NCBI GenBank assembly: GCA_965240325.2
Contig: OZ251245.1
Span: 124,001 to 188,000 of the forward strand
Source of the DNA: Rebecca billardiae RCC1528
Lineage: Eukaryota; Protista; Haptophyta
Direction of reading: 5' to 3'
Length of the DNA: 64,000 nucleotides
Of the stretch, positions 37,501 through 47,918 are shown one piece after another. The notes under the pieces are model-generated. The model was not told the DNA's origin and did not search any database. It saw nothing but the letters and a program-made list of their open reading frames with translations. The first letter of the stretch is position 1; every line of letters starts with the position of its first letter. Made by a program: the position numbers and the translations under genes.

Positions 37501-40500
37501 CCATCGAAGCGACGGAGGAAGGCGGAGCGGCCGTGGGCGGGGAGCGTGGGGCGCGCGGGCGCGAGGGCGCGCGCGCGGTGTGGCGTGCGCGCGCGCACGG
37601 GCGCGAGGGAAGGGCGGGGGCCGTGTGAGCGCTGCGCGCTAGCCCGCGCTCAGCGCCAACGCACAGGCGTGCAGGCACGCCGCGTGCGCGCTCGCTCGCG
37701 GCAGCGGCGCGGCGGCGGCTGCGCGGTTGCTGCGCACTCTTAGCCAGCCACTTGAGCATCATCTCCGCTGCGAACAGCAGCGCAAACAACCAGTCGAGCA
37801 CGGCGAGCGCGGCCGAGGTCGGCGTGCCCGGCGGCTCGAGCGGGCTGCCGAACGCGAGCGCGACCGCGGACGCGAGGATCAGGGCCAGCACCGTCGCCTC
37901 GAAGAGCGGCGCCTCGACGAGCCGGTTGATGGCGATGCGGAGGGCGCTGTCCGCCGGCAGGAGAAAGAGGGCTCGGCCTTCGAGCGAGGCGGACTCGGCG
38001 CGCTGCAGCGCGAGCTCGCGCTCGCGCACGGCCTCGAGCGCGCGGATCCGCGCGAGCAGCTCCGTCGCGCCGTAGCCGTCCGTGTCACGGATGCGCCGCC
38101 CGTCCGGGCCGTACCGCGGCGTCGATCTCGGCGTCGAGTGCGCCGAGGCGGTGGGCGCGGCGGCGGCGGCGGTGGCGGCGAGGCGCGAGCCCACGGGTCT
38201 GCCGTTCGCGCGGCGCGCGCCGCCGCCGCCGTCCGCAGCCGCCGCGGCGGCGAGCACGCCCGCGCTCATCGTCGGGAACGAGTTCGCCTTGGGCACCGCC
38301 GCCGGGCGCGGCGGCAGCGGCGGCTGCGGCCGCGAGCCCTCGGCCGCCGCCGCCGCGCCGCCGCCGCCGCCGCCGCCGCCGGCCGACGCGCCAGAGCCGC
38401 ACGCGGCGTCTGACGGCGCGCACGCGCCGACGCCGCTCAGCCGGCTCAGCCCTTCGGTGAGCCCGCTCAGCCCGGACGCGAAGCCCGTGGTGATGCCGGC
38501 GAGCAGCGAGGAGCCGTCGACCGTGAGCCGCGCTCGGCGCTCGGCGCCGCCGCCACCGCCACCGGCGGCGCCGCCGGGCGCAAGCGGCGCAGTGGCATCG
38601 CCAGCGGGCGCGCCGCCGGCACCGCCGCCGCCGCCGCCACGCGCGGTGGGCGGCGCGCTGACTGTCACAGCGCTCGCGCCGCCGCAGCCTCCGCCGCTGC
38701 CCCGGCCCGCCAGCGCGCCGCCGCCGCGGCCGCCAACACTGCCGCCGCCGCCCCCGCCGCCGAGCGCGGCCGCGCCGGCCGCGCCACTTCCCCATGAGCC
38801 CCGGGCCTGCCGCCACCCCCACGCGCCCGCTCGGCCGAGCCGGATCGACGCGGCGGACTGCGCGAGCATCAGGAAGTCGTCGCGCACGGCGTCCGAGGTC
38901 GTCGTCAGCTCGGCGCCGCCCGCGCCGTCGCACGCCGCGCCGCCGCCGTCCGCCGCGCCGCCGCCGCCCGCGCCGCCGCCCGCGCCGCCGCCCGCGCCGC
39001 CGGCGCACGAGATGCTGAGGCGGCGCGGCGGCGAGGCGTCACCCGGCGCGCCGGCGCGGACGACGCGGTCGGGCGTGCCGGCCGGCTCGCCCCCGCCCGC
39101 GCCGTTCGCGCGGCCGGCGCCGCGCCTCGCCGCCGCGCCGCCCCGCCCGTCGCCGCCCTCGCCAAGTCGAGCGTCTGCGCTCGAGCTGCGGCGTGCGCCT
39201 CTGCCGGCGCCGCCGCCGGCGCCTCGCGTGTTGGTGCGCAGCAGCGAGGGCCTGGTGAGCAGGCGCAGCCGCGAGGAGAGCGCGGTGAGACGCGGGTATC
39301 GCATCGCCGCGTGCTGCAGCAGCTCCTTGAGCGGCCGCTGCGCCGCGCCGCCGCTCCCGTCGTCGCCCTGTGCCGCGCAGCACGGCGCGGCGCGGCGCGG
39401 CGCGGCGCGGCGCAGCCCGTGGGTTTGCGGGGGGCGGCGGCGCCCCGGTCAGCCGCACGCAGGGCGGGGCGTCCCGCGCCCCCAGCGCGCGCGCGCGCGC
39501 GCACCGCCGACGAGAAGGACGAGAGAAGGATCGCGACGAACAGGTTGAGGATGATATACGCGCCGAGCGTGTACAGGGGTAGAAAGTAGGTAAGCGCAGT
39601 GCCGACGCCGACCGCGCGGATCGCGTCGTAGAGAACCTCGTTCCAGTTCTCGCCGGTGAGCAGCTGGAAGACGGTGAGCGCGGCGGCGAAGAAGTCGTCA
39701 AAGTGCGCGCGCGGCGGCTGCAGCTCGTCCCACGGGCAGTCGCACCAGCGCGAGTTGGCCGCGCGCGCGTGCTCCACGCCCGGCGGCAGCGCGGGCGGAG
39801 ACAGCTCGCGCCCGTCTGCCGGTGGGTAGCACCACGCGTCGCAGAAGAAGAAGTGGCCGCCGAAGAGCGCCATGCCGAGCAGCGCGAAGATGAGCACGAA
39901 CAGGCACAGGATCGCCGCGAGGTACACCACGTTCTGCAGCGCCTCGAGCAGCGTGCGCATCAGCTCGCGCAGCGAGCGCCACGAGCGCGCGAGCTTAAAG
40001 ACACGGAGGAGGCGGAAGGCGCGGAGCACGCCGAAGCCGACGGCGATGGCGGCCTGGTCGGCGGCGAGCGCGCGGGCGAGCACGATGTCGAGGAGCGAGA
40101 TGAGCACCACCGCCCCGTCGAAGATGTTGAACCGGTCGCGCACGTACTCGGCCGGCCCCAGCCCGAGCAGCTTGAGCGCCATCTCGGCGGCAAAGACGGC
40201 GGTGAACGCAACGTTGGACTCCTCGAGGAGGGCGGCGTGCGTGGCGGACATGTCGTGGTGCACGGTGGCCATCGAGAGCGTGTTGAGCACGATCATCGCG
40301 ACGATGAAGTACTCGAACGCCGACGCGGCGAGCACCGCCTGCGCGCCGCGCACCAGCGGCGCGCAGCCGGGCACGCGCGCGAGCGCGGGCGCGGGCGCGC
40401 GGTCGCGCATGTCCACCTGCAACCGCCAGTAGCGCGCCCACTTGCGCGCGAGCGCGAGCTTGTCGGGCGACTGGAGCAGCTCGCGGAAGGAGCGCGCCTC

Positions 40501-40823
40501 GTGCCGCAGCTGCCGCCGCGCCTCCTCGCTGTCGCGCGTCGCCGAGCGCGTGAACTCCTCATACAGCACCGCCAGCGTCAGGTTAATCAGCAATAAACCG
40601 CCCAGCACCACGATCAGCGAAAAGTACGGACCGGCCGCGGCCGAGTGCGCGCCGTCGCCGACCATGTACATGACGTCGGTCCAGCCCTCGAGCGTGATGC
40701 ACTGGAAGACGGTGAGGAACGCCCAGCCGATGTGGTCGAACGACGTGATCCCGTAGTTCGGGTTGCCCGGCAGCCCGTGCGCGTGAGGCCACCGCCACTC
40801 GCAGCACCCGAGCGAGGGCGGCG

Positions 40824-40858
<35 letters not shown>

Positions 40859-42312
40859 TCGACCGCCCAGCCGCGGCACACGTACGCGACGTCGGGCCCG
40901 TCGGCCGGCCGCGCGGGCTCGAACCGCCAGCCCACCGGCTCGCACACGCAGCCGCTCGCCAGCCGCGCGCGCGCGGCCGCGCGCGCGCCCGGCGCGGGGT
41001 CGTACGTGGGTACGAGGTTAGGTGGGTAAACCCCATAGTCAAGCCCGCAGAGCCAGTCGCCGCCGCAGACGGTGTCGGCGTCAAGCAGCGCGGCGAAGAG
41101 GGTGCGCCCGGCGGGCGGCTCGGGCGAGAAGTCGAGCGCGCCGTCGCCGCCCTCGCCGCCCTCGCCCGCCCCGCCCCCGACCCCGCCCGCGGCGGACGCG
41201 GAGCCGAGCCGCCAGCTGTGCGCGCGCTCGGCCGCGCGGAAGCCGTCGCCCACCGCGGCGCCGGGCACGCCGCTCCCCGGCAGCGCAAAGCAGCGCTGGC
41301 GCAGCGTGCCCTTGAAGATCTGCACGCCGACGACGCCGAAGAGCAGGAAGAAGAAGCACAGCATCAGCGCCACGTTCGCCAGCTGCGGCATCGCCGCGAT
41401 CAGCGACGAGACGAGGATGCGCATGCCGCGCACGCGCGTGACCGTGCGCAGCGGCCGCAGCGCGCGCACCGCGCGCACGGACGAGGTGTTCTGCAGCTGC
41501 GAGCCTGCGGGCACGCGCGGCGGCGAGGCGGGGCGGCGGCGCGCGGGCCGGGTCGCGTGAGCGCAGGGAGGGCTGGGGCCCCGGGGGCGCTGAGCGCGGC
41601 GCCACCTCGCCGAACCGCCGCGCGCCGCGCTGGCCGCCGCGCGCGCTCGCGCCGCTCGCGCCGTGCGCGCGCGCGCCGCACCGGGCACGATGGCGAGGAG
41701 CGAGAGCGTGACGACGATGCAGTCGAAGATGTTCCACCAGTCGCGCAGGTACGACGCGCGGTGCAGCACCACGCCCGTCGCCGTCATCTTGAGCGCCATC
41801 TCCGCGGCGAAGACGTACGTGAAAAGAGACTCGAGGAGCGCGAGCGAGCGGTCGAGCGCGGGGTCGCGGTGGAGGCACGCGTCCGGGCAGGTCGGGTCGG
41901 CGAGGGCGAGGGAGACGCAGTTGAGCACGATCAGCCCGAGCACCACGCGGTCGAACCAGACCCACTCCACAAGCCGGATCACCGCCTGACGCACCGGGTG
42001 GTGAGGAGTGAGGCAGAGCCACGAGCGACCGTAGTACCAGCGGTTGGTGGTGAGCGACTTGAAGGGCTCGGGCGCGCCGCCGCCGGGCCGCGTGTCCCAC
42101 GGGAGCACGATCTCGCCCGCGTGCGGGTCCGCGCGCGAGCCCAGCCGCCGCAGCGAGATCGTCGACGACGTGCGGCGCATGCCGGACGAGCCATCAGAGC
42201 GCGTCGCGCTGCGCACGGCCGGCACGGCCGCGGTGTGCTGCCGCCGCGGCGAGGCGCGGCCGCGCGGCGTGCGCTGGCCGGTGTGGCCCACCACCGCGCC
42301 GCCCGCGCGCAT
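34563..42312 (-). CDS. Four-domain voltage-gated calcium channel alpha-1 subunit (Cav-like, EEEE filter), ~2,317 aa
   Basis: Pore loops FQCITLEGW, FQLLTGENW, FEVSTLENW and LRMSTGEAW. Arg-periodic S4 segments such as RAVRALRPLR and LRAFRLLRVFKL. C-terminal EF-hand-like segment FVRAWAQID and IQ-like AIALQRAARG. Introns 41505-41681, 39368-39504, 37404-37737 and 36205-36352 give a continuous frame. Confidence 0.93.
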
Positions 42313-42763
42313 GGCGCTCGGCGCCGCGCGCGCGCTCGGCCGCCCCGCGGGCTGTGCGGACTCGCGTGGCCACCGCCCGCCCAAATGGGGAGCAGCCACT
42401 GACCACCGCGCCGGCGGGCGTCGGGGGCTCGCTGCGCCAGGCGGCGAGCGCCAGGGCGGGTATCCACCCTTTTTTATTCGCGCGGCCAAAAATGGAGGCG
42501 GCCGATATTGAAGCGCGACGGTGGCCGCAAGTCATCAGGCATCTGTAGATACGAACAGTCGAAGCGGTACCCGCGCACCTCTATGTGGGCTGAGTTGCGG
42601 AACCCCGACAAACCGCACCCGGCTTCTGCCACTCGGAGAGGCGCTGTTTCACACGCACCGTCGCCCATTGCAGTGCCCGCACTGCACGCGGGGCGGCGCG
42701 TCGCGCTCAGGGCGGAACCACTCGCGGCGGCACACGCCGCGCACGCACGCGCGGCGCGCGCCG

Positions 42764-44255
42764 ATGGACGCGCACAGCGCCTACCGCGCCGAGGCCGAGG
42801 CGCGCCGCCGCGCGAGCCTCGGCCTGCCGCACGGCGACGACGGCGGCGGCGGCGGCGGCGGCACGCGCCCGTCGACGAGCCACTCGTACCTCTCGCCCTC
42901 GCGCGCGAGCGCGACAGCGTCAGCGATCGCCGCCGCCGCGGACGAGCGCCGGCCGCACACCTCCGACTCCGCCTTCTCCTACCCACATTCGTATTCGGCC
43001 GGCGGCGGCGGCCCGTACCCGCGGGCGTGCGGCCGGTTCGACGGCGGCGGCGGCGGCGGCGGCGCGTTCGGCGGCTCTGCGCGCGGCGGCGGCTCGCCGC
43101 CCGAGGGCGCGCCCCGCCCCGCCACGCGCGGCTCGTCCGTCGCGCCCGCCGGGTCCGCCTCCCGCCGCGTCGACCTCGGCCCGGCGCGGCCACGACTCTC
43201 GACGTTTCCATCGGCGGTTTCGGCCGGCCCTCCGATGCTCGTGACGAAGCTGGAGGAGTTCGTCGCGGCGGAGTCGCTCGCGCGGGGCACGAGCGCGAGC
43301 AAGCTCGACGTGTACCGCGAGGCCTTCCGACGCTTCGTCGACAGCTTCGAGCCCTACCGGTGCGCGCGCCGCGCCGCCGCGCCGCCGCGCCGCCGCGCCG
43401 CCGCGCCGCCGCGCCGCCGCGCCGCCGCGCCGCGCCCGCGCCGCCGCCGCCACCGGCCGCCGGCACCGGCCGCGCGTCGTCACTCCGCGCCCGCGCGCCC
43501 CACCACCTTCGCCGCCGCCGCCGCGCGCGCGCAGCGAGTTCCTGGCGAACGTGAGCGCGGCGTACGACGAGGAGATCGGCTCGCTCAAGGCGCAGGTCGG
43601 CTCGCTGCGCACGCAGCTCGAGAAGGCGTTGCTGCTGAGCGGAACCGGCGGCGTGACCGGCGCGGCGGTGGTGGCGGCGACGGCGGCGGCGGAGGCGGGC
43701 GCGGCGGCGCACTCGCGCGCCGCGCAGCAGGCGCGCGCGGCGCTGGCGTGCGTGGACGCGTTCCGGTGCGCGCGCGCTCGCCCCCTCGCCGCGCGCACCA
43801 GCCTGCGCGCACGCGTGGCCCCGCGCGCCGCGCCGCCGCGCCGCCGCGCCCGCGCGCTGACGCCGCCGCGCGCGCCGCGCGCCGTGCCGCGTGCGCGCTC
43901 CGGGGCGCAGCCGGCTCGAGCCGCGCGGGCAGCAGGACATGCTCCACCGGCTCACCGCGATGGCGCCGCCTACCCACATTACCCACTTCTCGCAGCTCCT
44001 GCCCACTGTGGGCTCGGCCGCCGCGCGCGAGGCGGCCGCGGCCGCGGCGGCCGCGGCGGTGATGCCGTCGTCGCCGCAGTCGGCGACCGACGGCGGTGGC
44101 GGCTGGTCGGCGCAGCAGCAGCGCGGCGGTGGCTTGCGCGGGAGCGCGGACGCGCGGCGCCGAGGGCCGCGCGCGGGCAACCGCCTCGCGCCGCCGCCGC
44201 CCACGGGCGCCGCCGCGCCTCCTTCAGCCGGAAGCAGCGGCGGCGCGCGCAGCCC

Positions 44256-44294
<39 letters not shown>

Positions 44295-47200
44295 GGGCGC
44301 CGCGCCGCGCGGCGGCGGGTCGGGGCTGCCGAGCCGGCTCACGGCGCAGTCGTCGATCGCGGACATGCTCGCCGCGTCGCAAGGCCCGCCCGTCTGGCCC
44401 GAGGGCATGTCCGTCGACGCGCGCGCCGCCGCGGCCCAGCGAGAGCTCGGCGCGGCCGGCGCGAGCGGCGCGCGCTCCGCTCAGCCCGGCGGCGCAGCGT
44501 GCGGCGGCGACGGCGCGGCGCCCGCCGAGCCCTCCGCCGAGCCCGCCGCCACGCCGCCGGCGAGTCCGACGGACGAGGCGGGCGCGGCGCAGCCGCAGCA
44601 GCCGGTCCGCCGCCGCTCCTCCGTGCAGACGGCCGGCACCGCCGCGCGCCGGGGCTCGAGCCGCGCGGCGCCGCAGGACGCGCTTGGTGCGGCGCTGCGC
44701 ACAGCGCCGCGCCGCGCCGCGCCGTGCGGCGCCGGTCGCCGCGTGTGCCGCCGCGCGCCGCCGCGCGCCGCCTGCTGCTGCCGCGCCGTGCCGCGCGCCA
44801 AGCGCCGCGCCGCCCGCCGCGCTCGCGCTCGCAACCGGCATCGCTCACGCCACCCGCGCGCACTCGCGCGCGCGCGCGCGCGCGGCCGCGGGCGGTGCGT
44901 CGACGACCCACCGACTTTTGTTGTGCGCGTGCAGGGCTGCCGCTGCCGCCCTCGCCCGCGCAGCGCGCGACGGCGCTGCGGCAGTCGTCGGTCGACCGGC
45001 GGAAGCAGCACTCGTCCGAGCGCGCGCGGCGCCGCTGGCAGGCCATCGACATCGAGCGGATCCGGGCGATCGGCAGACAAGAGGTGTGCGCGTGCGCGCG
45101 CATGTCCGCGCGCATGTCCGCGCCACCGCCGCACCGCCGCCGCCGCCGCCGCCGCCGGCCCGCAGCCGCGCGGGGCGTGGCTGGCCGCGCGAGCGCGCGC
45201 GCGCACCACGGCCACGCGCGCCGCTGCGGCGCAGGCTGACCGGCTGACCCGCCCGCCCGCCCTGCCCGTCCGAACCCGACGACCTGGACCCGGACCCGGA
45301 CCCGGACCCGGACCCGGACCCGGACCCGGACCCGAGCCCCGCAGGCGATGCGCTGGTACGAGTCCCGCCCGATCAGCGAGGTGCTGAGCGGCCTCAAGCG
45401 CCGCCCGCTGCACGAGACCGAGCTCATCCTGCGGTGAGCGGCGGCCGAGATTGCAATCTCCCCGGGCGCGCCGCGCCGCCGAGATTGCAATCTCCCGTGG
45501 CCGCAGCGGCTGCGCGCTCCGCCGCCCACGCCGTGTGCGCGCCCTCCCCCCAACCCCTACCCCTACCCCTACCCCTACCCCTACCCCTACCCCTGACCCC
45601 GTCCCGCAGCGAGCTGCTCGGCGCGATCGCGGAGGACGCGCGCGTGTCGTGGCTCTCGTCGATCGGCCACTTTGTGCGCCCGACGATGCGCGTGCAGGTG
45701 GTGCTGTCGCTGCTCAGGCTGCTGCCATATGAGGTGTCGCTCGAGTGCCTGCAGGTGCATGCGCCGGGCGGCGGGGCGTGCGCGCGCGCGTGCGCGGGGG
45801 GAGGGCTCGCGCCAGCCACAGCCCCCCAACCCTACCCCCCAACCCTACCCCCCAACCCTACCCCCTAACCCTACCTACCACCCCAGTCGCTGCTGGAGCG
45901 CTTCGACCCGGACGACGTGATGCTGGCGCGCGTGGTGGGCGAGCGGCTCTCACTGCCCTTCCTCGCGGTGTGCGCCTTCGAGGTGCGACAGAACATCGAG
46001 GGCGCGCACGAGGCGTTGGTCCACCAGATCTTCCAGCGGCTCTACCCGCTGCGGTGCGCGCCGCGGCGTGCGCGCGGCGCGGGCGCGCGGGTGGCAGCGT
46101 GGCCCGCGCTCACGCGCGCTGCAACGCTCCCTCCCTCCCCTGCGCGCGCGCGCACGCGCGCGCGCGCACGCGCACACGCACACACGCACACACGCACACG
46201 CACACACGCACACGCACACGCACACGCACACACACGCACACGCACACGCACACGCACACGCCCCCCCGCGCGCAGCTCGTCGGAGGAGATCCTGATGGCG
46301 ATGGCGCTCGAGGCGACCAAGGGCCTGCGCCCGTTCCTGAGGCGGCAGCTGCTGCCTGTGATCGAGGACGACTCGCTCACCTACTCCACCTCCAGGCGCG
46401 CCGGGGACGGTGCGCGCGGCGCCGCGGGCCGCGGGCTGTGGGCTGCCGTGCGATGTGCGCGTGCGGTGTGCGCGTGCGGTGTGCGCGTGCGGTGTGCGCG
46501 CGCGGTGTGCGCGTGCGGTGTGCGTGTGCGGTGTGCGCGTGGAGGGCGGGGTGTGGCGTTGGGGAGGCGGGCGCGCCTGCGTGGCTCTCGAGGACGCCCA
46601 GCCAACGCGCCGGGCGCGGGCGGCAGCGCGCTCACGCTCGCGCGCGCGCTGTGCTGTGCGCGTGCTGCGCTCGCGCCCGTCTGCGCGCGGGCCGCGCAGA
46701 GGAGCGCGCGGCGGCCGCCGAGTCCGCCGCCGCCGCGGCGCTTCTGCTCAAGGCGCCGCCCGGTACCGGTGCGCGCCGAGATTGCAATCTGCCGCGCCGC
46801 GCGCGCAGTCCCAGCCGCCGGTGGGATGCGCCATCGCGGGCGCGGCAGATTGCAATCTCGGCGCGTGCCCGCCCGGCGCCGAGGTCTGATACGCACCGCC
46901 GCATGCGCGCCCCCGGCCGCGCCGCCCCGCCCGCCGCGCCGCCCGCCGCCGCCCCTGTCGGACTTCACTCGGACTTCACTCGGGGTTCTCCCGGGATTCT
47001 CTCGGGATTCTCCCGGGATTCTCTCGGGATTCTCTCGGGATTCTTCATCAGGCTCGTCCACGCTCGGCGGCACGCAGGCACAGAGGGAGGCGGCGGCGAA
47101 CGCGCGCGCGCGCTCGCGGCACAACTTTGGGCGCGGCGCCGCGGAGGGCGCGCTCGGCGAGGGCAACCTGGCCATGGCGGGCACCTTTGGTGGCGGCGGC

Positions 47201-47371
47201 GCGGCCACCGACGCCAAGGGGCCGTGGCGCGGCCGCACTCGAGAGCTGCTGGCGAGCGAGTCTGCGTGGACAGAGGGGGGCAGCGGCCCGCAGCGCGCGG
47301 GCCTCAAGGGCGCGGCGGCGGGTGCGCCGAGCGCGACGCAGCGCGCGATGGACGTGCTCCGCGCGCGCTGA
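42764..47371 (+). CDS. Multi-intron protein with an N-terminal TSNAXIP1_N-like helical region; function unknown
   Basis: After splicing the intron at ~43340-43535 the frame reads KLDVYREAFRRFVDSFEPYREFLANVSAAYDEEIGSLKAQV, resembling the TSNAXIP1/CLHC1 N-terminal pattern (recalled similarity, not searched). Roughly ten GT-AG introns; last intron 46769-47051; stop at 47369-47371. Confidence 0.55.
45286..45333. repeat. (GGACCC)8 intronic tandem repeat
   Basis: Eight perfect hexamers just upstream of a CAG acceptor. Confidence 0.9.
45551..45880. repeat. Two intronic telomere-like C-rich tracts, (CCCCTA)n at 45551-45600 and CCCCCCAACCCTA variants at ~45824-45880
   Basis: Read directly; includes CCCTAACCCTA at ~45863-45874. 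Both lie immediately upstream of 3' splice sites. Confidence 0.85.
46772..46865. repeat. Perfect 27-bp inverted repeat (hairpin) inside an intron, each arm containing AGATTGCAATCT
   Basis: CGCGCCGAGATTGCAATCTGCCGCGCC (46772-46798) and its exact reverse complement (46839-46865). Confidence 0.9.
46980..47045. repeat. 11-bp tandem repeat (GGGATTCTCYC) x ~5 before the intron acceptor
   Basis: Read directly from sequence. Confidence 0.85.
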
Positions 47372-47918
47372 GCTGGCCCTTCCGGGGCGCTCGCCGCGCG
47401 ACCCTGTGCCGCGCGTGCCTGATCGGGCCGAACCGGACAGGCGGTCCGCCGTCGGCCTGCTGCCCGTCCGGCCGCCACTGCCCACTGTTGCCGAGTTACT
47501 TCAAGTCGGCAAAGGCACCGCGCGGATGGATGGGCTCACGTCCGACGGGGCGGCCCGAGGCCGGTCCGCCGGGGCTGCCGCGTACAGTCGTCCCTTCGAC
47601 GGCTGCCGGCACGCGCTCCGGTCGCCGATGTACAATGGTGTCAACGGTGTCACTAGTATCAAGGGTTGCTGCCAGGCGACGCGGCACTCGCGGACGGCCG
47701 CCATCATCAAAGTGCGCCGGCGGCCGGCCGCTGCGAGCTGCGTAGCGTCCGGACTTATCAGAGCGGTCCGGGCTCGAGGCGCTCAAAAAGTTCTCGAGGA
47801 GTAGGCCAGACGCCGGTGCCGCCGACGCTGGGCTTTTCTGGGCGCCTCCATGGCTGAGGCGGGTGCCACCACTGCGGCGTAGGGGCGCCACCGCCGGCAG
47901 AGCGCGCGCACACGCCCC

